Shown here in pieces: positions 18,716 to 29,190 of a stretch of DNA of 42,426 bases. Position numbers and translations under genes: made by a program. The stretch covers positions 7,249 to 49,674 of the forward strand of contig DIQU01000001.1 of the NCBI GenBank assembly GCA_002426555.1, written 5' to 3'. Position 1 is the stretch's first letter. Each line of letters begins with the position of its first letter. The notes under the pieces are model-generated. The model searched no databases, was not told the origin of the DNA, and saw nothing but the letters and a program-made list of their open reading frames with translations. The DNA comes from Firmicutes bacterium UBA5454. GTDB taxonomy: Bacteria > Bacillota > Clostridia > Caldicoprobacterales > DTU083.

Positions 18716-19371
18716 TTACTTCCTTCTTCCCTGAGCTTGGCTATCATGGAAACAGGATCACCGGTTGCGTATACAGCAGAGCCTGCTATAAAACATGAGG
18801 CACCAGCCTTGGCCACCTGATTGATATTTTCCATGGAAATACCTCCATCTACCTGGATAATTGCTTTACTATTGGTTTTTTCTATCATTTCCTTTAGATT
18901 GCCTATTTTCTGCAACATGTTGGGGATGAATTTCTGACCACCAAAACCGGGGTTTACTGTCATTAACATAACCATATCCAAATCCTGCAGCACATAATCT
19001 AAAACATTTAGCGGAGTTGAAGGATTCAAACCCACTGCTGCACCGACTCCTCTATCCTTTAAATATGCGATAGATCTATGTAAATGAGGCAGTACTTCAG
19101 CATGAATTGTAATGCTGTCTGCGCCCGCTTTAATAAACTCATCTGCAATATCCAGGGGATTATCCATCATGAGATGAACATCAAATGGTATCTTTGTAAA
19201 AGGCCTGATTGTTTTGACTATCACAGGTCCAAATGTGAGATTTGGTACATAATGCCCGTCCATGATATCAATGTGGATCAAATCAGCCTTAGCTTTCTCC
19301 AGAAGAGTCATCTCTTCACCTAATCTTGATAAATCTGCTGATAATATTGATGGTGCTATTTGTATCACCAT
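18712..19371 (-). CDS. rpe: ribulose-phosphate 3-epimerase
   Basis: IAPSILSADLSRLGEE, HIDIMDGHYVPNLTFG, and VNPGFGGQKF motifs. Confidence 0.96.
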   Translation of the reverse strand: MVIQIAPSILSADLSRLGEEMTLLEKAKADLIHIDIMDGHYVPNLTFGPVIVKTIRPFTKIPFDVHLMMDNPLDIADEFIKAGADSITIHAEVLPHLHRSIAYLKDRGVGAAVGLNPSTPLNVLDYVLQDLDMVMLMTVNPGFGGQKFIPNMLQKIGNLKEMIEKTNSKAIIQVDGGISMENINQVAKAGASCFIAGSAVYATGDPVSMIAKLREEGSK

Positions 19372-20243
19372 GCATTCCTCCTATACTCATTTATTTCTTT
19401 AATAAATTTTATATATCTCCGGTATCTGCCTTCAGGCAGTTCACCATTTTTTACAGCTTCCCTTACCATGCAGTCCGGTTCTGTAACATGAGCGCAGCTA
19501 TTGAAATAACATTTATGACGATATTTTTCATACTCCGGATAGCACTCCTGCAGTTCCGATGGCTCACAGTCTGCCAAATCCATCTGACTGAAGCCCGGTG
19601 TATCAACAATCATACCACCATATAGCAGATTCAGCAACTCCACATGGCGGGTTGTGTGCCTTCCCCTCTTCTGTTTTTTGCTGATATCGCCTATTTTCAA
19701 GTCCAAAGAGGGATAAAGACGATTTATGATTGAAGATTTCCCCGTACCGGATTGACCGGCCAGCGCAGTAATCCCCTTCAGCCCCCTGCCAAGCTCTTCC
19801 ATACCCTGACCATATTTACTGGATACACAATAAACAGGATAGGCAGCAGCTTTGTAATCTTTTACCAAAACTTCTATTTTTTCTGATGATGCCAAGTCAA
19901 TTTTATTAACTATCAGTACTATGGAGATATTCATCCGCTCTGCTGATATGAGCAGCTTATCCACAAGATTCATGTCGGGCTCGGGCTGAGCTGCTGCCAA
20001 CACCACAGCAAGGTGGGTAATATTTGCAACAGGGGGTCGCTTCAAGGTGTTTTTTCTTGGAAGGATTTCTTCCAGGGAACCCTCTATTACTTGAGTTTCC
20101 GGAATAAATCGAACATGATCTCCAACCATGGGAGTGATGCCCTGCTTTCGAAATTTCCCCCTGGCTCTGCATCGAAAGATCTCCCTATCGGAAAAAACAT
20201 CGTAAAATCCGCCTATACCTTTCACAATTATGCCTTCCCTCAT
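19365..20243 (-). CDS. rsgA: ribosome small subunit-dependent GTPase A
   Basis: N-terminal OB region, circularly permuted GTPase (NKIDL then GQSGTGKSS), and a C-terminal Cys/His zinc cluster. Located downstream of prkC. Confidence 0.93.
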   Translation of the reverse strand: MREGIIVKGIGGFYDVFSDREIFRCRARGKFRKQGITPMVGDHVRFIPETQVIEGSLEEILPRKNTLKRPPVANITHLAVVLAAAQPEPDMNLVDKLLISAERMNISIVLIVNKIDLASSEKIEVLVKDYKAAAYPVYCVSSKYGQGMEELGRGLKGITALAGQSGTGKSSIINRLYPSLDLKIGDISKKQKRGRHTTRHVELLNLLYGGMIVDTPGFSQMDLADCEPSELQECYPEYEKYRHKCYFNSCAHVTEPDCMVREAVKNGELPEGRYRRYIKFIKEINEYRRNAW

Positions 20244-22159
20244 TCGCCATTCCTTTCATTGCTTTCAAACTCCACTGTCTGGGTTCCGAAATATTCATTG
20301 TCAATCCAGATGGCATAGCTTTGTACGCCTTTTCCCTGTACAATTATTTCTATATCTCCATCTGTGGGAGAGTGCTTCTTATTATGGATTAACTTATCAT
20401 CTGAAGTACGAATAATCTGCACTCGTACACTTCTGCTCCCCTTTAAGTCGCTAATTGTGATTTTTTTACTTGAAACAGGCTCTTCTCCCAGACTTATCCA
20501 CAAATCTACCTTTCTGCCCTGTTCTACATTGCTTCCGGGTTCCGGTGACTGACGGTATATAATCCCAGCCTTCACACTGCTGTTGTACTCTCTTGTCACA
20601 ACACCTTTTATCAAATTTGCACCTTTCAACATTTTATCTGCCAGGTCTTCGGTTAGGTTTATGTATTTTTCTACTACAGTCGTGTTATCTTCAGGACCTT
20701 TGCTGATATAAAGCAAAACTTCAGAGCCCTCTGGTACTTCATGCCAGGCAGGCGGGTCTTGCCTTACCACATGACCGCTTGCGATATCACTGCTTATATA
20801 TTCTGGATCCATAAGCTTAAAGCCCAGATTTTGTAAATCGACCTCTGCTTTACGCTGAGAATAGCTGACCACATCCGGTACAGTAATCATCTTTACGCCG
20901 CTGCTCATAATCACATAGACTATGCTGTTTGTCTTAACCACTGTATCTTCTTGAGGATTCTGGGATATGATTCTGCCTTCTTCAACAGTATCGTCATAGC
21001 GCCAATCTTCAATTTTCAGTATCAATCCACTGCTTTTCAGGATTTCCCGGGCTTCTGATTCATCGTTACCTGCCAACATGGGAACCGGTATGTCTTCTTG
21101 ATGGAAGTTCTGCATATATATACTGCTAATAACCATAAACAAAACCATCAGGATCACAGTAGATGCTATCACAGAAACAGTAATCAACAACCAGCTTCTA
21201 CCCTTGTTTTTTTCCTCTTCCGGTTCTTGAGCACTGTCCGTACCCTGATTTACTTCTCCGCTGTCGATGTTATTAAGAGCAGGAATAATCATGGTAGCTT
21301 GATCGTCTTCCAAATACCGTTTGACATACTTACCATCTGGTTCCTTCAAGGCTTTTTGCAGATCTGCAAGCATCTCGGATGCATCATGGTACCTTTTATC
21401 CAAATCCTTTTCGATTGCACGCTGGATTATGTATTGAATACTCATAGGAATTTTAGAATTAATCTCCCCGGGAGGCGTCACCTTTTCCTGAATGTGTTTT
21501 AATGCTACAGATATTGCGCTTTCTCCTTCAAAAGGTACTACTCCTGTTACCATCTCATATAAAACAATACCCAGTGAATAAATGTCGGTTTTTTTATCAA
21601 CATAACCTCCCCTGGCCTGCTCGGGGGAAAAATAATGTACAGAGCCAATGACCTTTGAATCAGCCATGGTTACAGTAGAAGATGTAACAGCTCTGGCAAT
21701 ACCAAAATCTGCTACCTTGGCAGTGCCTTCCTTGTTGATCAAGATATTTTGCGGCTTGATATCCCTATGTACGATATTATTGTCATGGGCATGCTGGAGA
21801 GCAGAACAAATTTCAGAAGCAATACGAACGGCTTCTTCCATAGATAATCTGCCTTCTCTTCGTATTCGGTTCTTTAATGTTTCTCCATCCACATATTCCA
21901 TAACGATATAATGAATATCGTCTTCTTGACCGACATCGTACATATTGACAATATTCGGATGCGAAAGACTGGCTGCAGCCTGGGATTCCCTGTTGAATCG
22001 AGCAATGAATTCATCGTTTTCCGCTAGATCAGGTTTTAATATTTTAACTGCTACAATTCGTTTCAGGAGTCTGCAATTGGCCTTGTAGACAACTGCCATG
22101 CCTCCGTCGCCTGATTTTTCCAGCAACTCATATCTGTCTCCCAATATCTTACCCAGCAA
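20240..22159 (-). CDS. prkC: Ser/Thr protein kinase with PASTA repeats (PrkC/PknB-like)
   Basis: Hanks kinase motifs (GGMAVVYKA, HRDIKPQNIL, DFGIA, SPEQ), one transmembrane segment, three PASTA-like repeats, and a C-terminal beta-rich domain. I prefer the TTG at 22159, 6 nt after GAGGTG, which gives MLGKILGDRYEL. The track start is the GTG at 22168. Confidence 0.93.
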   Translation of the reverse strand: MLGKILGDRYELLEKSGDGGMAVVYKANCRLLKRIVAVKILKPDLAENDEFIARFNRESQAAASLSHPNIVNMYDVGQEDDIHYIVMEYVDGETLKNRIRREGRLSMEEAVRIASEICSALQHAHDNNIVHRDIKPQNILINKEGTAKVADFGIARAVTSSTVTMADSKVIGSVHYFSPEQARGGYVDKKTDIYSLGIVLYEMVTGVVPFEGESAISVALKHIQEKVTPPGEINSKIPMSIQYIIQRAIEKDLDKRYHDASEMLADLQKALKEPDGKYVKRYLEDDQATMIIPALNNIDSGEVNQGTDSAQEPEEEKNKGRSWLLITVSVIASTVILMVLFMVISSIYMQNFHQEDIPVPMLAGNDESEAREILKSSGLILKIEDWRYDDTVEEGRIISQNPQEDTVVKTNSIVYVIMSSGVKMITVPDVVSYSQRKAEVDLQNLGFKLMDPEYISSDIASGHVVRQDPPAWHEVPEGSEVLLYISKGPEDNTTVVEKYINLTEDLADKMLKGANLIKGVVTREYNSSVKAGIIYRQSPEPGSNVEQGRKVDLWISLGEEPVSSKKITISDLKGSRSVRVQIIRTSDDKLIHNKKHSPTDGDIEIIVQGKGVQSYAIWIDNEYFGTQTVEFESNERNGE

Positions 22160-22916
22160 TAACTTCACCTCTGTTCTCTTTACCGGTGTATCTGGCTGCG
22201 ACTATGGTGATATCATCAGCACCACCTGAAGCTAATGCCTTGTTTCCCAAGAACCATGTAAGTTTATCCATAGCTGTATCCGCTGGCAGCTCCTTAATGC
22301 TTTCCTCAATATTTACATAGTTTGTTAAGCCATCAGTACATAAAAGTACAATATCTCCATCTTTGAGAACACCTTCAAAGCAGTCGACTTTTATTTTGTC
22401 CTCAGTACCCAAAGCTCTGGTGATTATATTCTTCTTAGGATGCAATTCCATTTCATCTTCTGTAATGCTGCCATTGTCCAGCAATTCCTGTACAAGCGAA
22501 TGATCACGGGTAATCTGGCTTACTGTATCCTTGCGGATTAGATAACAACGGCTGTCGCCAATATGTGCAACATGGAATTGCTTATTATGGAATACAGCCA
22601 TTGTAAAAGTTGTACCCATACCGTAGAACTGCATATTGCACTGAGACAAGTTGAAAATTTTTTCATTGGCTTCTTCGATAGAAGATAACAGCGCTTGTAT
22701 AAATTCCTCTGAGGACTGCAGTTCTCCGCTCTTATTTGTAAAATAAGCGACAACATGCTCCACTGCCAGCTTGCTTGCCAGATCGCCTGCATTGTGACCG
22801 CCCATGCCATCGGCAACTATCATGAAAGCAGTATTTTGCTTTCCTTCATGCACATGGCAATAATCTTCATTGGATTTTCTCTGTAAGCCTTTATGGCTGA
22901 ACGAAGCGTATTCCAT
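22149..22916 (-). CDS. prpC: PP2C-family Ser/Thr phosphatase (PrpC/Stp)
   Basis: SHKGLQRKSNEDY, VADGMGGHNAG, and DGLT...DDITIV motifs. It overlaps the prkC start. Confidence 0.93.
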   Translation of the reverse strand: MEYASFSHKGLQRKSNEDYCHVHEGKQNTAFMIVADGMGGHNAGDLASKLAVEHVVAYFTNKSGELQSSEEFIQALLSSIEEANEKIFNLSQCNMQFYGMGTTFTMAVFHNKQFHVAHIGDSRCYLIRKDTVSQITRDHSLVQELLDNGSITEDEMELHPKKNIITRALGTEDKIKVDCFEGVLKDGDIVLLCTDGLTNYVNIEESIKELPADTAMDKLTWFLGNKALASGGADDITIVAARYTGKENRGEVIAG

Positions 22917-22925
22917 AGAACCCCC

Positions 22926-23981
22926 TTATTTCAAATAATTTATTTTTAATTGCCCGCAGGCTCCTTGAATATCCTGTCCCATTTCTCTTCTGCGGGTTAC
23001 ATTGATGCCGGCTGATTTTAAAATGGAAGTAAAAACCTTGATAGTTTTTTCGTTGCTGCGTTTCTGATTGCTGTGACTGTTTTCGTTTAATGGTATAAGA
23101 TTAACATGGCAGGGAAATCCTTTCAGCAGTGCAGCCAGTTCATGAGCCTGGTACGGGCTGTCATTGATTCCTTCAATCAGAGCATATTCAAATGTGATTC
23201 TCCTGCCTGTTTTATTAAAATAAAAACGGCTTGCTTTCATTATATCATTAATGGAATATACATTGGCAATTTTCATGATCTTTTTGCGGGTTTCATCGTC
23301 AGCTGCGTGTAAAGATACAGCCAAATTGATGCTGAGATCTTCTTCTGCCAGTGCAAGGATTTTAGGAATCAAGCCACAGGTAGAAAGAGTAATGTTCCGA
23401 TACCCCAGATTGAAGCCCTTTGGTTCATGTATCTGATGAAGGAAGCGCAAGGTGTTGTCATAATTGTCCAAAGGCTCGCCGCTGCCCATCAGAACTACGC
23501 AGCCTATGGAAGGAGGGTCCCCCCAGCCTAAATTGGCGATATCCCGATTGACAGCCAATACCTGTGCCATCATTTCCCCGGCTGTCAGGTTTCGAGCCAG
23601 TCCTTTTGTTGCAGAAGCACAAAAACTGCAGCCCATGGCACAGCCCACCTGAGTAGAAAGACATATCGTATTACCATGATAATATTTCATGACAACACAT
23701 TCAATAATATTATTATCATGGAGCAAAAACAAATATTTCATCGTAAGTTTGTCATTGGAGGTTAATCTCTTAAGTTGATGTAAGGTGCTGATAGTATAAT
23801 GTTCTTCCAGCTTTTCAATAAGGACTTCAGGTATATTGGTCATCTCAGAGAAAGAATAAACACCTTTGGACAGCCAATGGATAATCTGTTCCCCTCGATA
23901 AGGTTTTTCCCCTATGCTGATCATGTCAGTCTTTAATTCCTCCAGGCTGCGATCCAGGATATCGATTTTGTGATCCAACAT
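22926..23981 (-). CDS. rlmN: 23S rRNA (adenine2503-C2)-methyltransferase RlmN (radical SAM)
   Basis: YRGEQIIHWL N-terminal motif, CAMGCSFCAS radical-SAM cluster, and a C-terminal GQDIQGACGQL. Confidence 0.95.
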   Translation of the reverse strand: MLDHKIDILDRSLEELKTDMISIGEKPYRGEQIIHWLSKGVYSFSEMTNIPEVLIEKLEEHYTISTLHQLKRLTSNDKLTMKYLFLLHDNNIIECVVMKYYHGNTICLSTQVGCAMGCSFCASATKGLARNLTAGEMMAQVLAVNRDIANLGWGDPPSIGCVVLMGSGEPLDNYDNTLRFLHQIHEPKGFNLGYRNITLSTCGLIPKILALAEEDLSINLAVSLHAADDETRKKIMKIANVYSINDIMKASRFYFNKTGRRITFEYALIEGINDSPYQAHELAALLKGFPCHVNLIPLNENSHSNQKRSNEKTIKVFTSILKSAGINVTRRREMGQDIQGACGQLKINYLK

Positions 23982-23982
23982 T

Positions 23983-25392
23983 TCAAGATAACCTCCTCAT
24001 CCTGGAAATAAAAAACCCGTCCATTTGATGCAGGGATGGAATCAATTGAATCATGCTGTCTTTTACGGCATCCTTTAAGTTGTCCGGAACAAAAGGAGAT
24101 GGATCCTCCAGCTTAAATTGTTGATGACATTCCAAAAAGTCCCAAATTAAATTCTGGTTTTCTTCCAAATTTAAAGTACAGGTGCTGTATACAAGCACTC
24201 CACCCGGTTTTACATATTCACAGCATACATCCAGAATTTTCCTTTGTAATGCAGGCAGTTTTTTTAAAGCTTTAGGAGTGATCTTCAATTTTATATCTGG
24301 CTTGTTATTTATGGTACCCAGCCCCGAACAGGGAACATCGACTAATACCCGATCAAACTTTTCCTTGAATTGGGAATGAAAAACAGCTGCATCCATAAGC
24401 ATTGGTTCAATGATTTTAGCTCTCATGCGACGGATATTCCGATTAATTAAATCCAATCGGTGAGCATGAATATCCCAAGCCATTATTTGACCCTTTCCCA
24501 ACATTCGCTCAGCCATATGCGTGGCCTTCCCGCCTGGAGAACTACAAGCATCCAAAATCAGCTCACCAGGCTTAGGATCTGTTATATAAGTGTCCAGCAT
24601 GGAGCTTTCTCCCTGAACCGTAAAAAGACCTTCCTTATATAAACTGTTTTTCTCCAGGTCACCCATAGCTGATATACGAAGGGCTTCTTCCATGTGAAAT
24701 CCGCCTTGAACTTCCATGCCGCTTTCCTGTAGTTTTTTTTTCAGGCTGGCTGGTGAAATTTTATTGACGTTAACACGAATGGAAACTCCGCCGTCTTCAT
24801 CCATGGGTTTCATAATGGCTTCTGTTGTATCAGGTCCATAATCTACAAGCCACTTTTCTGTTAACCACTGAGGGAAACCATATTTAAAAGACAGTTTTTC
24901 ATCTATTGGCAGACTTTCTTCAGGCTTGAGCAACTCATCTTTGTTTCGTGATAGATTTCGCAAAGTACCATTGACAAAGCCCTGCAAGCCGGAAAAACCA
25001 TATGCTCTGCACAATTTTACAGCTTCATTGCATGCTGCAGAATCAGGAACCTTATCCATATACAGGATTTGATAAGCACCCATACGTAATATGTTTCGTA
25101 CCCAAAAATTAAGCTTTTTCATATTGGCCAGCTTGTCTAAAATCAAATCAATTGTAATTTGTTTTTCCAGGGTACCATATACCAAACGGCTGACAAAAGC
25201 AGTATCTCGTGCATCCAATGGATGATTTCGCATATTTTCCTTTAAACTTATATTAGCAAAACGTGCATCCTGGTTTACGTCTTTGAGAATTTGTAAAGCA
25301 ACTCTTCGAGCTGAATTCTTCCTGTTCATTTTAAATTTAGAGTTACCAGACCCAGCTGGAGCTTTTTTCTGTTCCATTGCCTTATAATTCAT
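23983..25392 (-). CDS. rsmB: 16S rRNA (cytosine967-C5)-methyltransferase RsmB
   Basis: NusB-like N-terminal domain, DACSSPGGKT SAM motif, DVPCSG and STCT catalytic Cys motifs. The start is uncertain: no good RBS at 25392, with an alternative ATG at 25329. Confidence 0.9.
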   Translation of the reverse strand: MNYKAMEQKKAPAGSGNSKFKMNRKNSARRVALQILKDVNQDARFANISLKENMRNHPLDARDTAFVSRLVYGTLEKQITIDLILDKLANMKKLNFWVRNILRMGAYQILYMDKVPDSAACNEAVKLCRAYGFSGLQGFVNGTLRNLSRNKDELLKPEESLPIDEKLSFKYGFPQWLTEKWLVDYGPDTTEAIMKPMDEDGGVSIRVNVNKISPASLKKKLQESGMEVQGGFHMEEALRISAMGDLEKNSLYKEGLFTVQGESSMLDTYITDPKPGELILDACSSPGGKATHMAERMLGKGQIMAWDIHAHRLDLINRNIRRMRAKIIEPMLMDAAVFHSQFKEKFDRVLVDVPCSGLGTINNKPDIKLKITPKALKKLPALQRKILDVCCEYVKPGGVLVYSTCTLNLEENQNLIWDFLECHQQFKLEDPSPFVPDNLKDAVKDSMIQLIPSLHQMDGFFISRMRRLS

Positions 25393-25399
25393 TTATTTC

Positions 25400-26350
25400 T
25401 TACGATTCCTTCCCCAGGACAGTGCCTGGTACAATGGATCTTCCTCGTAGAAAATCCAAATCCCTCATCCGACGACCGCCTGGAACCTGCAGTTCTTCTA
25501 TCCTCAGGGCACCCTGTCCGCAAGATACAATTAATCCATTGGCATCATCCGCCTTCAACACAGTTCCCGGTTTCAGTGCTTCTTCTGTTAAGTATTCCCT
25601 CAGGGAGGCCTTCCATACCTTAAGACGCTTATTATAACTGTAAGTGTAGCAGCCAGGCCAGGGGGTTAAACCTCGAATCAAATTCCTTATTCTTGTTGAT
25701 GAATCATCCCACTGAATTTCTCCCATTGATTTTTCTATCTTACTGCAATAGCTGGCCTTATTATGATCTTGTGCTGTTCCCTTAACAGGTCCCTGCTCGA
25801 AGAGCTTTAATACTTTTTGCAGGGTTCTGCTGCCAAGTTCACTCAAATGGTCATGAAGATGTCCTGCATTATAATCAGGATCAATGTGAAGCTCTTCCTG
25901 CATAATTATATCGCCGCTATCCATTCCTACATCCATATACATGATGGTGATGCCGGTTTTATCTCTTCCGTCAATCAACACCTGTTGTATGGGAGATGCA
26001 CCTCGATATTCAGGCAATAAAGAAGCGTGAACATTAATAGAGCCCATGGACGGAATATCCAAAAACTCTTTGGGGAGAATCTGTCCATAGGCAGCTGTAA
26101 CCACCAAATCTGGAGAAAGGCCTTTAATTTCATCAAAAAAGCCTTGATCTCCTCTTAGCCTTACAGGTTGATAAACGGGAATTTGTTTTTGATCAGCCCA
26201 GGCTTTGACAGGAGGTGGAGCTAATTGCCTTCCCCGACCTTTGGGCTTGTCCGGCTGAGTAACAACAGCTGTCAGCTCATGTCCGCTTTTATGGACAGCT
26301 TGCAAAGCAGGAAGGGCGAAATTCGGAGTACCCATGAACAATATTTTCAA
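25400..26350 (-). CDS. fmt: methionyl-tRNA formyltransferase
   Basis: (M)KILFMGTPNFALPAL, HASLLPEYRGASPIQ motif. TTG start at 26350, 7 nt after GGAGG and 14 nt after the def stop. The track ORF (to 26419) over-extends into def. Confidence 0.95.
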   Translation of the reverse strand: MKILFMGTPNFALPALQAVHKSGHELTAVVTQPDKPKGRGRQLAPPPVKAWADQKQIPVYQPVRLRGDQGFFDEIKGLSPDLVVTAAYGQILPKEFLDIPSMGSINVHASLLPEYRGASPIQQVLIDGRDKTGITIMYMDVGMDSGDIIMQEELHIDPDYNAGHLHDHLSELGSRTLQKVLKLFEQGPVKGTAQDHNKASYCSKIEKSMGEIQWDDSSTRIRNLIRGLTPWPGCYTYSYNKRLKVWKASLREYLTEEALKPGTVLKADDANGLIVSCGQGALRIEELQVPGGRRMRDLDFLRGRSIVPGTVLGKES

Positions 26351-26366
26351 GATTTTTCCTCCATTT

Positions 26367-26825
26367 TTAGTTTTCTTTGACTTCAGGTATCGACTTGTCG
26401 ATGAAAAGGATGCCTTCAAGATGATCCATTTCGTGACATATAGCCCGCGCCAACAAAGCGCTTGCCTTCACTCTTATTTTTTTCCCTTCCCGGTTAAGTG
26501 CTTCCACCACTATTTCCATAGGTCTGGTTACCTTTCCCTTGATACCTGGTACACTCAGACAACCTTCGTAGTCTGTATCCTCACCGGATTGTTTAATGAG
26601 CTTGGGGTTAATTAGAACATGCACCCCTTCTCCCACATCTACAACCATGACTCGCTTTAAAATACCGACCTGCGGTGCTGCCAAGCCTATTCCTTCGGCA
26701 TGATACATTGTATCGATCATATCGCTGATGAGCAGTTTAGTTCTATCATCAATTTTTTCAACTGTTTTTGCTTTTTTGCGTAAAATATCGTCTTTTTGGT
26801 AGTATTTTATTTGACGCAGTGCCAT
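26367..26825 (-). CDS. def: peptide deformylase
   Basis: GIGLAAPQVG, EGCLSVPG, and HEMDHLEG metal-binding motifs. MALRQIKYY matches the usual family N-terminus; the track start is 6 codons upstream at 26843. Confidence 0.93.
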   Translation of the reverse strand: MALRQIKYYQKDDILRKKAKTVEKIDDRTKLLISDMIDTMYHAEGIGLAAPQVGILKRVMVVDVGEGVHVLINPKLIKQSGEDTDYEGCLSVPGIKGKVTRPMEIVVEALNREGKKIRVKASALLARAICHEMDHLEGILFIDKSIPEVKEN

Positions 26826-26854
26826 ACTGATCACTCTTTCCATTATTAAAAGTT

Positions 26855-29110
26855 CTATATCAAACTAAGTGGATTAAAGTCAAGGGTTACCGTAATGTCT
26901 TCCCGATAAAACTTGTGAATCAGGCTTTCAGACAAACGGTGCCATGCCTCTTTAACATGAATACCCTGATGAATCCGAATCAAAACCTGCCAGCGGTATT
27001 TATCGTTAATTCGCTGTATGGGAGCTTCGTAAACACCAAGATCCAAGAGTCCGGAATTCAGTGCTTCATCAGCTGCTGCCTTATCCTTAATCCATTTTAA
27101 CATATTTTTTGCGTATTGTACCACTTCCTTTTCATTTTGTCCGGTAATTAATACACGTATAATATGTGAAAAAGGAGGATATGTAAATTGACGGCGGATT
27201 CCCAATTCTTTTTTGAAAAAACCTGTGTAATCATGATGAGATGCATACTGAATAGCATAGTGTTCAGGCTGATAGGACTGAACAATCACCCGCCCAGGTT
27301 TGTTACCCCGCCCTGTTCGCCCAGCCACTTGGGTAATCAGCTGAAAAGTCTTTTCACTGCTGCGGTAATCAGGAAGATTCAAAGATGCATCAGCAGCCAG
27401 CACACCTACCAGGGTAACATTGGAAAAGTCCAGACCTTTTGCTACCATTTGAGTTCCCAATAAAATATCATATTCCTTCCTTTCAAATGCATCCAAAATT
27501 CGGTGGTGAGAACCTTTTCTTCTGGTGGTATCGTAATCCATCCTCAGCAAACGGGCAGCTGGAAACAATTGTTGCAGCTCTGCTTCTACTTTTTGGGTGC
27601 CCAAGCCAAAGTTCTTGATATGTTTGCTGCCACACTGCGGGCATGTACGGGGATAAGCTTCCTGATAACCGCAATAGTGGCATTTCAGAGCCTGTCCTTT
27701 TGAATGATAGGTCAAAGAGACATCGCAATGAGTGCATTTGATTACATGTCCGCAACTGCGGCATGATACAAACTGAGCATAACCCCGCCGATTTATAAGT
27801 AAAATTGACTGTTCATGTTTCTTCAAGGTATGCAGGAGAGCGCGGTATAATTCATTGCTGAACATACTGCGGTTGCCCATTTCCAGCTCACGCCGCATGT
27901 CAATGGTCTCAACAGGGGGTAAAGGCTGATCTTCCACACGGTTTTTCATTTCTACCAAGCGGTATTCTCCAAGCTTTGCTTTATGGTAATCCTCCAATGC
28001 AGGTGTGGCACTTCCCAAAACCAAAATAGACCGGCTTAATTCGCAGCGTTTTGCTGCCAACTCTCTGGTATGATAACGAGGGCGTACATCCGATTTATAG
28101 CTGTCTTCATGAGCTTCATCCAATATGATGAGACCCAGATTTTCAAGAGGAGCAAATACAGCAGATCTGGCTCCTACCACAATTGAGACTTCATTCTGCC
28201 TGATTCTTCGCCATTCATCATAACGTTCACCAAGTGAAAGGCGACTGTGCAGGATGGCAACACTTTCACCAAATCGGTCTTTGAACCGGCTTACTGTCTG
28301 AGGTGTCAATGATATTTCCGGCACAAGTACTATAACTTGCCTCCCCTGCTGAACTACCTCTTCAGCTGCTTTCATATATACTTCAGTTTTTCCGCTTCCA
28401 GTCACTCCGCGTACCAAAACAGTACCTCTGCCTTCCTGTATACACTCTCCTATTACCCGGGAAGCGTGTATCTGTTCTTTATTCAGTACAGGCGGCACAA
28501 CAGTGCTTTGTGGAGCAAGCCAGGGATTTCGATAGGTTTCTTCTTCTTCCAGTAGTATATAACCTCTTTTTTGCAGAGAGCGGATGCTGGATTGAGAAGC
28601 ACCGGTCATGTTCAGTAACTCACTTACCGGAACCCTGTCCTCATCCTCCAGTATTCTTAATATGGACGCCATATTGGGGGAACGAGCTTCAACCTGGTGT
28701 ATCCAATCTTCCAGAGAATCAGTTTCCTGCAAAATAGCTACTCTTTGTGTTTTTTTCTTTATATTCAGCCGCAAACCAGGTGGAATGAAACAGCGTATAG
28801 CCTCGATCAGCATACAATGATATTCCGATTTCATCCAGAGTATTAAGGAAATTATGGAAGGATTCAGCACCGGAGCAGGATCCAGCAGTTTTTTAATTGG
28901 TCTGATTTTTTCTTCCGGTATGTCGACTTTTTCATCCACGGTAAGGATATAACCCTGCAGACTGCGAGGACCGAAGGGAACCTGTACACGAACTCCTACC
29001 TGTGCCAAACCCGCTAATTCATCCGGGATATAATAGTAAAAGAGTTTGTCAAGAGATGGATGAGTCTGATCCACAACTATACCGGCATATTTTTTGCTGC
29101 CCAATTGCAT
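26855..29110 (-). CDS. priA: primosomal replication protein N' (PriA helicase)
   Basis: 751 aa. Walker A GVTGSGKTEVY, DEAH box, and the Cys-rich zinc insert CxxCxxxxxCxxCxxxLTYH...CHYCG...CPxCGS. Confidence 0.95.
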   Translation of the reverse strand: MQLGSKKYAGIVVDQTHPSLDKLFYYYIPDELAGLAQVGVRVQVPFGPRSLQGYILTVDEKVDIPEEKIRPIKKLLDPAPVLNPSIISLILWMKSEYHCMLIEAIRCFIPPGLRLNIKKKTQRVAILQETDSLEDWIHQVEARSPNMASILRILEDEDRVPVSELLNMTGASQSSIRSLQKRGYILLEEEETYRNPWLAPQSTVVPPVLNKEQIHASRVIGECIQEGRGTVLVRGVTGSGKTEVYMKAAEEVVQQGRQVIVLVPEISLTPQTVSRFKDRFGESVAILHSRLSLGERYDEWRRIRQNEVSIVVGARSAVFAPLENLGLIILDEAHEDSYKSDVRPRYHTRELAAKRCELSRSILVLGSATPALEDYHKAKLGEYRLVEMKNRVEDQPLPPVETIDMRRELEMGNRSMFSNELYRALLHTLKKHEQSILLINRRGYAQFVSCRSCGHVIKCTHCDVSLTYHSKGQALKCHYCGYQEAYPRTCPQCGSKHIKNFGLGTQKVEAELQQLFPAARLLRMDYDTTRRKGSHHRILDAFERKEYDILLGTQMVAKGLDFSNVTLVGVLAADASLNLPDYRSSEKTFQLITQVAGRTGRGNKPGRVIVQSYQPEHYAIQYASHHDYTGFFKKELGIRRQFTYPPFSHIIRVLITGQNEKEVVQYAKNMLKWIKDKAAADEALNSGLLDLGVYEAPIQRINDKYRWQVLIRIHQGIHVKEAWHRLSESLIHKFYREDITVTLDFNPLSLI

Positions 29111-29123
29111 CTCCCCTTTTAAC

Positions 29124-29148
29124 CGAAAAAAAGGTACCTTGTACCTTT
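29124..29148 (-). terminator. terminator-like hairpin immediately upstream of the priA RBS
   Basis: AAGGTAC (29131-29137) pairs with GTACCTT (29141-29147) around a 3-nt loop. On the minus strand it is followed by a run of T (complement of 29125-29130). The stem is AT-rich and the loop tight, so function is uncertain. Confidence 0.3.
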
Positions 29149-29190
29149 ATTACTGTCTTTGTTTCGACATTCGAAAGCCGATACATTTAA